Assembly: GCA_031411215.1 (NCBI GenBank)
Contig: JANOAM010000067.1
Location: 708 to 64,707, forward strand
Direction of reading: 5' to 3'
DNA from: Betaproteobacteria bacterium
GTDB lineage: Bacteria; Pseudomonadota; Gammaproteobacteria; Burkholderiales; Burkholderiaceae_C
Length of the DNA stretch: 64,000 nucleotides
The position numbers and the translations under genes were made by a program. Of the stretch, positions 19,763-28,323 are shown piece after piece. Under the pieces are notes generated by a model. The model made no database searches. It saw only the letters and a list, made by a program, of their open reading frames with translations, and was not told where the DNA came from. Each line of letters opens with the position of its first letter. The stretch's first letter is position 1.

Positions 19763-21142
19763 TTAGAAGCCGGCTTGCACCGGGGGGATGCAGTTGTCCA
19801 CAGCGCCGGACACCGGGTCCACGCGGGTCCAGGGGTTCAGGCCGTTGGTGGCGTCCACGCTCTTCAGCGTGATCAGGCCGGCTTTGCCAGCGTCCGTCGC
19901 GGTGTTGCCGAACGCCGGGTGCAGCGTAGCGGCGGCGGCGATGGCGAACTTGGCCTTCAGCGCGGCGACGAAGTTGGTGTGCGGGGTGTCCAGCGGGGCC
20001 TTGGTGTTGAGCGAGCCATCACCGTACATCTGGTAGGCGCCGCTCTTCACGTTGGCGTAGTTGCCCAGCAGGCCATTCACGCGCACGTGCTTCCACGACG
20101 TGTTGCTGACCTGTTCGGTCGTCAGGGTGCCGACGGCGCCCTTGCTCACTGCGTTGAAGCGGGCCAGGCAGGTCTGCACTTGGCCAGAGCCGCTGTTGTT
20201 GAAGACCAGGCCGTTGAGGCCGTCGCACAGGGTGTTGGCGGCGGTGTTGTCGCCGACGTCCGCGCCGGACAGGAAGGGCTTGGAAGCCGCATAGCAGCTC
20301 TTGGCCGTGTTGTCACCATTGGGGGTGCGGGCAATCACGGCTTCGTACGTCTTCTGGGTGCCCGAAGTGCTGGCGCGGCGGGCCACGAACACGGCGTCGT
20401 CGAGCAGGCCGGTGCTGGTGCCGACAATCGAGGTGGCGGCCACGCCGAGCAGGCTGGACCAGGACTGACCTTCCTGCGTGAACAGGGAGGTGATCTGGGC
20501 TTGCGACAGCGACGGGATGTTGGCGGCGTCCGTGGCGCCGATCGTCAGGCCTTGGGCGGCCTGCAGGGCGTTGTAGGCGACGGTGGTGACCGGCATGCCG
20601 AAGATAACCGTCGCAAGCGGTTCGACGGTCAGGTTGTTGATCTGGGACGCGTCGCCGAAGAACGAGGGCTCAACGTCAGAGATGCCCACGGTCGAGACGG
20701 CCGTGCTGAACACCGCGGCGGTGTCCGGGCAGGCAAAGGTCGTGCCGGCACCGGTGGAAGCCGGGCAGGTGGTGGCGTTGATCAGCGACAGGTCCAGGAA
20801 CTGCAGCGGGGTGCTGTTGTTCACGGGATTCACGCCTTGGCCGGAACCGCCGATGGAGTTCTTGGCCACAACCAGCTGGGTCTTGCCGCCGGTGGTGATG
20901 TTGGTCGTGTTGGGCGTGCAGATGTACACGAACTGGTTGGTGGCGGTGTAGCGGGTCAGCGTGCCGGCGCTGCACAGAGAACCCGACAGCAGCGAGCCGA
21001 CTGCCACGTCCTGCGCGGTGGCGCCGGACAGCTTGATGTTCATGGCGTTGGCCGGCACGTAGTTGCTGGCGTTCAACGCGAAGGCGGGGGCGGCGGCGCC
21101 GCACAGGGCGACCAGGCCCAGGGAGATCTTGGTGAGTTTCAT
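19763..21142 (-). CDS. Secreted Cys-rich protein with PstS/DING-like phosphate-binding motifs (candidate major surface protein)
   Basis: Start ATG 21142, Sec signal MKLTKISLGLVALCGAAAPAFA. Motifs SGATA, GGSGQG, GISDV, RRASTSGT and NSGSGQV fall in the order of the PstS phosphate-binding segments. Eight Cys in the mature chain; Thr/Ser/Asn-rich. Confidence 0.65.
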   Translation of the reverse strand: MKLTKISLGLVALCGAAAPAFALNASNYVPANAMNIKLSGATAQDVAVGSLLSGSLCSAGTLTRYTATNQFVYICTPNTTNITTGGKTQLVVAKNSIGGSGQGVNPVNNSTPLQFLDLSLINATTCPASTGAGTTFACPDTAAVFSTAVSTVGISDVEPSFFGDASQINNLTVEPLATVIFGMPVTTVAYNALQAAQGLTIGATDAANIPSLSQAQITSLFTQEGQSWSSLLGVAATSIVGTSTGLLDDAVFVARRASTSGTQKTYEAVIARTPNGDNTAKSCYAASKPFLSGADVGDNTAANTLCDGLNGLVFNNSGSGQVQTCLARFNAVSKGAVGTLTTEQVSNTSWKHVRVNGLLGNYANVKSGAYQMYGDGSLNTKAPLDTPHTNFVAALKAKFAIAAAATLHPAFGNTATDAGKAGLITLKSVDATNGLNPWTRVDPVSGAVDNCIPPVQAGF

Positions 21143-21170
21143 TGCAAGTCCTTGAAGGGTTTGGAAACTG

Positions 21171-21239
21171 GGTGGGTTTGCAGAAGCTTTCGGCAAGCCC
21201 ACCCCATGCCGGCCCGTTGCCGGGCTGGCGGGTTCAGGT
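21171..21239. other. Two stem-loops in the intergenic leader of the PstS-like gene
   Basis: GGTGGGTTTGC...GCAAGCCCACC (21171-21213) and GCCGGCCCG-TTGC-CGGGCTGGC (21218-21239); no U-tract on the minus strand. Confidence 0.45.
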
Positions 21240-21270
21240 CAGCGGGAACAGGCTGAAGCTGCTCGGGCGT

Positions 21271-22125
21271 TCAGGCCTGAGCGGCGGCCTTGCGGCGGCG
21301 GACCATGCCACCGATGCCGGCCAGGCCAGCGCCCAGCAACCACAGGGAAGCAGGCACGGGCACGGCGGCCACGGCGGCCGGGGCCAGCGAGTAGGTCAGG
21401 TCGCCGTTGGTGGCCAGGCTCACCACCGCGTTGTTCTGGCTGTTGCCGTACTGCTGGGCGCTGGCCAGGCTTGTGCTGCTGCCCGTGAAGGCGCTGCGCA
21501 CTGAGTAGTACAGGTTCTGGCTGCCGCCGACCAGGGCGGTGGCCACGCCGCTGGCAAAGGCACTGGTGTACGTGCCCACGATGTTGGTCACCGTGCTCCA
21601 GTTGGAGACGGCCGACTGGTTGCCCGTTGAGGCGTTGAAGAAAGCCGACATGCCGCCGTAGTTGGACGTGGACACGAAGGAGTCCAGCGCGGAGTTCAGG
21701 AAGGTCTGCGTGTTGCTGGTCGACGTGGCGATCAGGCGGCGCTGTGTGGTGGGCGAGGCGGAGGTCTGGTCGTACGAACCCACCATCCAGCGCACGTCAG
21801 CCGAGTTCTGCGTGGCGAACCAGGTGCTGAAGGCCGAGTCGGCGAAGTTGGCTTGCACGGTCTTGTCGACCACGATGCCGGCTTCAGGCGTCTTGTTGCC
21901 GGTCGCGCCGCCGTCGCCAGCCAACGTGGTCACGTTGCTGGGCAGGAAGTCGTTCATCAGCAGGCCGAGGTCGCGGACGTACCAGTCTTGCGTGACCACG
22001 TTCCATGCCACCAGGGAAACCGTACCGTTGGTGACGGTGGAACCGCTGGTGAAGGCGGCACTTGCACCGCCAGCCAACGATGCCAGCGCAACCGCGGCAG
22101 CGAGGGTCTTGAGATTGAATTTCAT
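21271..22125 (-). CDS. VPLPA-CTERM (PEP-CTERM class) surface protein
   Basis: Signal peptide MKFNLKTLAAAVALASLAGGASA, Ser/Thr-rich body, C-terminal VPVPASLWLLGAGLAGIGGMVRRRK (motif + TM + basic cluster). GGAG RBS. Confidence 0.92.
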   Translation of the reverse strand: MKFNLKTLAAAVALASLAGGASAAFTSGSTVTNGTVSLVAWNVVTQDWYVRDLGLLMNDFLPSNVTTLAGDGGATGNKTPEAGIVVDKTVQANFADSAFSTWFATQNSADVRWMVGSYDQTSASPTTQRRLIATSTSNTQTFLNSALDSFVSTSNYGGMSAFFNASTGNQSAVSNWSTVTNIVGTYTSAFASGVATALVGGSQNLYYSVRSAFTGSSTSLASAQQYGNSQNNAVVSLATNGDLTYSLAPAAVAAVPVPASLWLLGAGLAGIGGMVRRRKAAAQA

Positions 22126-22255
22126 TGCTCGTTAACTCCAAAGATTGACTTATGTGGAACCCCGACTGTGGGCACCACCAACACCCACGGGGGATTGGCG
22201 CTGCCATGTAGCGTCGCCCGCTCCGGAAGTCCTCCCGGATTGATCGACTGCCCTG

Positions 22256-22278
22256 AGCTTAGGAAGGCTGTATGTCGC
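22256..22278 (-). promoter_or_regulatory. pho-box-like promoter P1 of the VPLPA-CTERM/PstS-like unit
   Basis: Minus strand GCGACAT-acagccttcc-TAAGCT. Shares the 12-mer CTTCCTAAGCTC with the xrtD promoter. Confidence 0.5.
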
Positions 22279-22369
22279 CACCCGGCTGAAGACTTTCGAT
22301 CTGACTAGCCTGAAACGACTAGTTCTACCGGCCCCACTCCCCGCTGTTCGCGGAAAACCCGACTCGCAG

Positions 22370-22392
22370 ATGGTAGGAAGCGGGCGTGACAT
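22370..22392 (-). promoter_or_regulatory. pho-box-like promoter P2 of the VPLPA-CTERM/PstS-like unit
   Basis: Minus strand ATGTCAC-gcccgcttcc-TACCAT. Confidence 0.5.
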
Positions 22393-22431
22393 GCCTGGTC
22401 TCTGCGCGGGGCAGGCCATGGCGTGTTCGGA

Positions 22432-24630
22432 CTAGGGCGCAGTCCTGTTTGCGGCCTGCAGCAACAGGGCCTGGAAGGCGTGCAGGAAGCCGGCCTCGTC
22501 CAGCAGTTCGCTGGCGCGCAGGGACTCGCGGGCCTGCAGCCGCCAGGCGGCGCGGCCTGCCAGGTCCTGGGCCAGGGCAACGGCCGCGCGCACATAGTCT
22601 GCGTCCGACCAGGTCACCCACCGCGCCTGGCCGGCCGCGGAAAGGATCGACGCACCCATGCGCGAGGTGTGTGTGGCGCCGGCGCGTGACAGCACCGGCA
22701 CACCCATCCACAGCGCCTCGCAGGTGGTGGTGGCGCCGTTGTAGGGGAACGGGTCCAGCGCCACGTCCACCAGGTTGTAGGCCTCGAAGTGGCTGCTGCG
22801 CACCGGGATGCGCGAGCGCAGGTCCAGGCGCGAGGCCCCCACACCCCGCGCGGCCATGAAGCGCGTGATGTCGTCGCGGTTGGCAGGGTCGGCCACGGCG
22901 GCGGACTTCAACAGCAGCCGCGACTCCGGCACGGCCATCAACACCTGGGCCCAGAGGTCCAGACAGTGGTCGGACAACTTGGCGTGGTTGTTGAACGAGC
23001 CGAAGGTGAGCACACCCTGTTCCAGCTGCGGCGGCGGCCCGATCGGCGGGCTGTCCGGCGGCCGGTAGCAGAACATCGACCGCGGCAGGCACAAGGGCCG
23101 TTCGCTGCCGATGTCCGGCATGTCACCGGGGTCAATGGTGCGGTCGGTGATGCGGTAGTCCAGCGTCTGTGCGCCAGTCCAGGTGGGATAACCCAGGTAG
23201 CTGATCTGCAGCGGCGCCGGGCCCCGGCCGATCATCGCGACGCGCGAGCCTGCGGTGTGGCCCATCAGGTCCACCAGCACATCCACCTGGCTGTCGCGGA
23301 TGTGCCGCGCCAGGGCGTCGTCGGACAGGTGTTCGCACTCCACCCAGTGGTCCACCTGGGACTTGAAGCGCTCGGTCATGTCGTCGCCGAAGCCGCGATT
23401 GAAGTAGCAGGTGACCTCGAACCGGCTGCGGTCGTAGCCGGCCAGGATGGGCCCCATGAAGAAGGCCACTGAGTGGTTGACGAAGTCGGCTGACAGGAAG
23501 GCCAGGTGCAGCCGCTCATCCGGCCGCCGCGCCCGGCGTTCCGGGCGCACCCAGTCGGCGGGCAGGGCCTCGGCCAGCGCCCGGCCCAGGGCCGCGTGGA
23601 TGTCGGCGATGCCCTGGGGCTCTTCCAGCAGGTAGTTCGACACCATGGCCGGGATGGCATGCGTCTGCCAGCGGCCCGCCGACAGTTCGATGGCCTTGCG
23701 GCCGGCCGCCAGCGAGTCCTCCAGTCGGCGGCACTGCTGGTAGGTGTTGCTCAGCAGCAGGTAGGCCGACGGGTCTGGCTCCAGCGCCACGATGCGCTCG
23801 GCCCAGGCCAGTGCTTCACTGACCAGGCCGTCGCGCGCAAGGCGGTCTGCCAAGTGCCGCATGATGGCGGGGTCCGCCGGGTACTGTTCCAGCCAGCGCC
23901 TGTACAGGCCCGCGGTGGCGTCGAAGTGGCCGCTGGCGGACAGCGCCTGGCCCAGGTGCAGGCAATAGCGTGCGTCCGCCGGCTCCAGGCCCAGCGCGCG
24001 GTTGAAGGCTTCGACCGATTCACGCCGGCGCACGGCCTTGCGCAGCAGCAGGCCGAGGTTGAATTGCAGGGTGTCGTTGCCGGGGTCCATGTCGGCGGCG
24101 CGCTGCGCGCCTTCGATGACCTCGGCGCTGGGCTCCTCATGGGCCCCTGCCTCGGCCTCGCGTTCCGCCAGGGCGCCCTGGGCATAGGCCAGGTTGGCCC
24201 GCGCCGCGGCCAGGCCCGGGCGCAGGGCCAGCGCACGGCGGTAGGACTCGATCGCCGCTTCCAGGTCGCCCCGGTGCTTGAGCACGATCCCCAGGCTGAC
24301 ATGTGCTTCGGCATGTGCCGGGTCCAGTTCGATGGCCCGGCGATAGGCGGACTCGGCCTCAGCCACGCGGCCGCCCAGTTTCAGGGCCCGCCCCAACGCG
24401 AAGTGACAGCGCGCGTCGAAGGGCTTGGCGGTCACGGCCTCGCGGGCACGCGACAACGCGAGCCCGGGCTCCTTGGCCATGACGGCGGCCACGGCCAGCA
24501 GGTACAGCGCTTCGGCCTGCTGCGCCGGCCGTTCGACGGCGGGTTCCAGCAGCCGCAGCGCGTCCTGGATCCGCCCGGCCGCCAGCAGCGACTGGGCCTG
24601 CGCCAGTGACGGCGCCAGTGACGGCGCCAT
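22432..24630 (-). CDS. TPR + GT41 glycosyltransferase (SPINDLY-like)
   Basis: Start ATG 24630 overlapping the upstream TGA. TPRs, then LAFLSADFVNHSVAFF, DLMGHTAG, PLQISYLGYPTWTG, FGSFNNHAKLS, LDPFPYNGATTTCEALWMGVP, SRMGASIL. Confidence 0.88.
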   Translation of the reverse strand: MAPSLAPSLAQAQSLLAAGRIQDALRLLEPAVERPAQQAEALYLLAVAAVMAKEPGLALSRAREAVTAKPFDARCHFALGRALKLGGRVAEAESAYRRAIELDPAHAEAHVSLGIVLKHRGDLEAAIESYRRALALRPGLAAARANLAYAQGALAEREAEAGAHEEPSAEVIEGAQRAADMDPGNDTLQFNLGLLLRKAVRRRESVEAFNRALGLEPADARYCLHLGQALSASGHFDATAGLYRRWLEQYPADPAIMRHLADRLARDGLVSEALAWAERIVALEPDPSAYLLLSNTYQQCRRLEDSLAAGRKAIELSAGRWQTHAIPAMVSNYLLEEPQGIADIHAALGRALAEALPADWVRPERRARRPDERLHLAFLSADFVNHSVAFFMGPILAGYDRSRFEVTCYFNRGFGDDMTERFKSQVDHWVECEHLSDDALARHIRDSQVDVLVDLMGHTAGSRVAMIGRGPAPLQISYLGYPTWTGAQTLDYRITDRTIDPGDMPDIGSERPLCLPRSMFCYRPPDSPPIGPPPQLEQGVLTFGSFNNHAKLSDHCLDLWAQVLMAVPESRLLLKSAAVADPANRDDITRFMAARGVGASRLDLRSRIPVRSSHFEAYNLVDVALDPFPYNGATTTCEALWMGVPVLSRAGATHTSRMGASILSAAGQARWVTWSDADYVRAAVALAQDLAGRAAWRLQARESLRASELLDEAGFLHAFQALLLQAANRTAP

Positions 24631-25907
24631 CACGCGGCTCCGGCCGCCGGGAAGCGCATGCGCATGAGTCGCAGCCGCCGCTGCATTTCCGGGCTGCCGT
24701 GGCCGAGCCGGTGGATCATCTCCAGCCGCTGCAGCGCGGGCGGGCCGGCATAGAACGACGAATGGGCGGACATCTGTTCGTGGGCTTCCAGCACGGCGGC
24801 CAGGAACCACACGGCGGCGTCGACCCCGGCGGGGCGGATGTCAAAGCGCGGCAGGGCAGGCAGGTGCGGGCCTGCAGCAGCCAGGGCCTGCGGGCTTGCC
24901 CAGCCCTGCAGCAGGGTCGTGAGGGCGGTCAGGGCCGCCACACGCTCGCCGGCCGCGGCGGCAACCCGTGCCAGGCTGGACAGGTGCGCTGGCGTAGGGG
25001 CCTGACTTGCGGCCTCCGTGAGCAGGGCCAGGCTGCGTTGCAGGTCGGCCCAGCGTTGGGCCGGCCGTTGCAGCGCGTTCTGGCTGCGTGCATACAAGTC
25101 CAATGCGGCAGACGAGCTGGCGGCTTCATCGGCATCGTCCGGCACCAGGCGGCCGACAGCGGCCAACAGGGCCGCACGCTCGGGCTTGCAGGCGTACAGG
25201 TTCAGGGCGAAGGCGTCCAGCGCGTCGCCACGCCGGAAGGGCACCAGCAGGCCCGGTTCCGGTACCAGCTTGAAGGAGTCGTAGCCCAGGGCGGCGAACT
25301 GGTCGACGAGCTCGACGCTGAACTTGCCATCGGCCCGCACTTCGTACATCACCAGGGGTGCGCGCTCGCTGAAGAAGCGTTGGCCACCGCGCAGGATGTT
25401 CGCCTCCTCGCCTTCGGCGTCCACCTTCATGAAGGCCAGGTCGGGCCAGCCCTCGGCTTCCATGGCGCTGTCCAGCGTCGTCAGCGTCACCGGTTCGCGT
25501 GCGGCCGCCGGGCCTTCCGACAGGGTGCCCAGTTCGGAGTGCCCGCTGCTGGACAGCCAGGCCTGGCCTTCGCGGTTGGAGACCGCTTCGGCCAGGACCT
25601 TGACGTGTGCAAATGCGTTCAGCGCCACGGACTCCTGCAGGAGCTGTCGGACCCCCTTGCCGGGCTCGAAGGCCCAGACACGGCCGGTCGGGCCGACCGC
25701 CTGCGCCATGCTCAGTGTGTAGACGCCATGGTTGGCGCCGATGTCCACGGCCAGGTCGCCGGGGCGCAGGATGCGGCGGACGAAGTGGATGTCCTGCTCG
25801 AACCAGTCGCCCTGTTCTTCCAGGACATAGGGCGTGATGAAGTGCAGCGCGCGCGGCACGACGATGCGGGCGCCGTCGGGCAGCGCCAGGGCCACGTGGG
25901 CTTCCAT
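24630..25907 (-). CDS. FkbM-family methyltransferase with helical C-terminal extension
   Basis: AVDIGANHGVYT, VWAFEP, MKVDAEGEEANILRG, VMYEV. Confidence 0.88.
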   Translation of the reverse strand: MEAHVALALPDGARIVVPRALHFITPYVLEEQGDWFEQDIHFVRRILRPGDLAVDIGANHGVYTLSMAQAVGPTGRVWAFEPGKGVRQLLQESVALNAFAHVKVLAEAVSNREGQAWLSSSGHSELGTLSEGPAAAREPVTLTTLDSAMEAEGWPDLAFMKVDAEGEEANILRGGQRFFSERAPLVMYEVRADGKFSVELVDQFAALGYDSFKLVPEPGLLVPFRRGDALDAFALNLYACKPERAALLAAVGRLVPDDADEAASSSAALDLYARSQNALQRPAQRWADLQRSLALLTEAASQAPTPAHLSSLARVAAAAGERVAALTALTTLLQGWASPQALAAAGPHLPALPRFDIRPAGVDAAVWFLAAVLEAHEQMSAHSSFYAGPPALQRLEMIHRLGHGSPEMQRRLRLMRMRFPAAGAA

Positions 25908-25922
25908 GGGCAGTCCGGCCGC

Positions 25923-28319
25923 TCAGCCGCGGGCCAGCAGGTCGCGCGCCTCGTCCAGCCGCGGCAATTCCGCCTTGCTGTCGATGGCCTTGCGGATCAG
26001 CACCTTGCCGCGCGGGGCGTCGCCGCCCTTGACCAGGGCCTGGCCCAGGTGCAGTTGCAGCAGCGGCGTGGGCGCCAGCGCAACGGCCTTCTCCAGCAGC
26101 GGCACGGCCTTGTCGTACTGGCCCAGCTGGTAGTGGATCCAGCCCAGGCTGTCCAGGTGCCCCGGGTTGCTGGACTTGGCAAAGCGCGCGGCCAGCTGCA
26201 GTGCACGTTCGGTGCTCTTCGGGTCGCGCTTCACCTCGGCCAGCAGGTAGGCCAGGTTGTTGGTGATGACGTCGTCGTCGGGGAAGCGCGTGTTCAAGGT
26301 CTCGTACAGCGCGATGGCGTCGTCGTGCCGGTTCAGGCGTGCCAGCAGTTCAGCGCGGGCCAGGGGCAGGCTGCGGTCCTGGGGTGCGGCACGTTCGCCG
26401 TCGGTGAGTGTGGCCAGCGCAGCAGTGGCGTCGCCCTGCTGGGCCAGTGAGCGCGCCAGGCGCAGGTACGCCGTGGGTTCCGAAGGAAGGGCCGCAATGA
26501 CGGCTCGGAAGGCGCCTTGCGCACCGGCCCAATCGCGCCGGGCCAGGCCCACCTCACCCGTCAGCTGCTGGTGCAGCACGTTGCCGGGCTCTGCCTTGCT
26601 GCGCGCCTGGATGCGGGCCATCGCTTCTTCATGGCGGCCGACGCTCGTCAGCAAGGTGACAGCAGCCACATAGGGCGCGGCGTCGCCCGGTGCGGCGGCC
26701 ATGCCCGCGTCGTACTCCTTGAGCGCCAGGTCGTACTTCTTCAGGCCGGTGTGCAACTGCCCCAGGCGCACATACGCCAGCGCCTGCTTGGGCTGCCTGG
26801 CCTTGAGCTGTTCCAGGCTGCTCCATGCGAGCGCGGTGTCCTTCTGGCTCATGGCCATCTGCGCCTTCAGTTCGTACAGGGCCGGGGCGTCGGGCAGGGC
26901 CTGGATGGCGGCGTCCAGTTCGGCGCGTGCACCCTTGAAGTCCTTGGCATCGGCCATGTCGGCCACCAGCAAGGCGCGCAGGCGGGCGTCGGTGGGGGCG
27001 GCCCTTGCGGCTTCGGTCAGCGCATCACGCGCCAGCTGCGGTTCGCCGGCCGCGCGGTAGGCCCGGGCCAGCAACTGCAGCACCTGCGGCGAGGTGGGCT
27101 GGTCCCTCAGCACGCCTCGGAAGTCCTGCACCGCGTCACGCGGCGCACCGGCTGTCAGGTGCATGCGGCCGCGCAGCAGCAGCGCCGCGTTGTCGCGCGG
27201 GTTGGCCTGCAGGACCTCGGCGAGCAGTGCGCCAGCCTCTTCGGTCTTGCCGGAGGCCAGGCGGTCACCGGCCAACTGGGTGCGGGCGTTGATGGTGCTC
27301 GGGGTGTCTTCCTTGAGCGCAATGATCTCCTGCAAGACCTTCTGCGCGTCGTCCACGCGGTTGGCACCGCGGTACAGATTCACCAGCCCGAAGCGCAGCG
27401 ACATGTCGCGTGGCCGGTCCTTGATGCTGTCTTGCAGTTGCTTTTCGGCAGCGGCCACTCCGCGTGTGTTCTGCAGCAGGTCGGCCAGGGCCAGACGCCG
27501 CTTGCCGTCCTCAGGCTGTGCCTGCACGGCGTCGCGCAGCACCTTCTCGGCCGCGTCGCTCTCCTTGCGGCTCAGGTGGTAGCGGGCCCAGCTCAACCAG
27601 AGCTCGGTGTTCTTCGGCGACTGCGCAACTGCGCGCTTGAAGAAGTCCGCAGCCATGTTTGCCAGCTGGGTGTCTTGCGGATTGGAAGCCACCAGTTCAA
27701 CAGCCGCCTGCAGCAGGCCCAGATGCCGCGGCTCCTGCTTCAGGGCCTGGTCGATGACGGCTGCGGCTTGTGCCCATTCGCGTGCATTGGCATGCAGGCC
27801 GGCCAGCAGCAGGCTGGTGTCGGCCAGCAGGGGCCCACCGGCGGCGGCGATGTCCTTGGCCAATGCCAGGGCTTCATTCTGCTTGTCGGCACGGACGAGC
27901 AAGGCGGCCTGCAGCGTGCGCGCCATCGGGTGCCGGGCATCGACGGCCAGCGCTTCCTTGACCAGCGTTTGCGCGCGCGCCGTGTCACCCGTGAGCAGCA
28001 GCAAGCGTGCCTGGCCAAGTTTGGCGTCCAGCAACTCGGGCTGGAGTTCCAGGGCCTTGCCGTACTGCGCGTAAGCCCGCGGCAGTTCCTTCTGGCCTTC
28101 GCTGACCTGGGCTGCGATCAGATACGCCCGCGCATTCTTGGGGTCGATCTGCAGCACGTTGCGCACTTCGACATTGGCCTTGTCCCAGTCTGCCGCCTGC
28201 ACGAAGTCGGCGCCCTTCTTGAGACCGGAATCGATGCGGCCTTCCTTGGTGCCGCAAGCGGCCAGCGCCAAGGCGGAAGTGGCCAGCAGCAGCCGTGCGC
28301 AGAGTGTCTTTGGGTTCAT
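25923..28319 (-). CDS. Exosortase-associated TPR-repeat lipoprotein (PrsT-like)
   Basis: Lipobox LAAC, continuous TPRs, C-terminal NNLAYLL...LDSLGWIHYQLG...HLGQAL. Starts 4 nt downstream of the exosortase stop. Confidence 0.85.
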   Translation of the reverse strand: MNPKTLCARLLLATSALALAACGTKEGRIDSGLKKGADFVQAADWDKANVEVRNVLQIDPKNARAYLIAAQVSEGQKELPRAYAQYGKALELQPELLDAKLGQARLLLLTGDTARAQTLVKEALAVDARHPMARTLQAALLVRADKQNEALALAKDIAAAGGPLLADTSLLLAGLHANAREWAQAAAVIDQALKQEPRHLGLLQAAVELVASNPQDTQLANMAADFFKRAVAQSPKNTELWLSWARYHLSRKESDAAEKVLRDAVQAQPEDGKRRLALADLLQNTRGVAAAEKQLQDSIKDRPRDMSLRFGLVNLYRGANRVDDAQKVLQEIIALKEDTPSTINARTQLAGDRLASGKTEEAGALLAEVLQANPRDNAALLLRGRMHLTAGAPRDAVQDFRGVLRDQPTSPQVLQLLARAYRAAGEPQLARDALTEAARAAPTDARLRALLVADMADAKDFKGARAELDAAIQALPDAPALYELKAQMAMSQKDTALAWSSLEQLKARQPKQALAYVRLGQLHTGLKKYDLALKEYDAGMAAAPGDAAPYVAAVTLLTSVGRHEEAMARIQARSKAEPGNVLHQQLTGEVGLARRDWAGAQGAFRAVIAALPSEPTAYLRLARSLAQQGDATAALATLTDGERAAPQDRSLPLARAELLARLNRHDDAIALYETLNTRFPDDDVITNNLAYLLAEVKRDPKSTERALQLAARFAKSSNPGHLDSLGWIHYQLGQYDKAVPLLEKAVALAPTPLLQLHLGQALVKGGDAPRGKVLIRKAIDSKAELPRLDEARDLLARG

Positions 28320-28323
28320 GTGA

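Noticed and set aside
22126-22431. c-di-GMP or other riboswitch in the long leader
   Set aside because: I could not find the conserved GGCAAAC...GACGCAAA or another known core; the promoter motifs account for the length. An Rfam scan would settle it.
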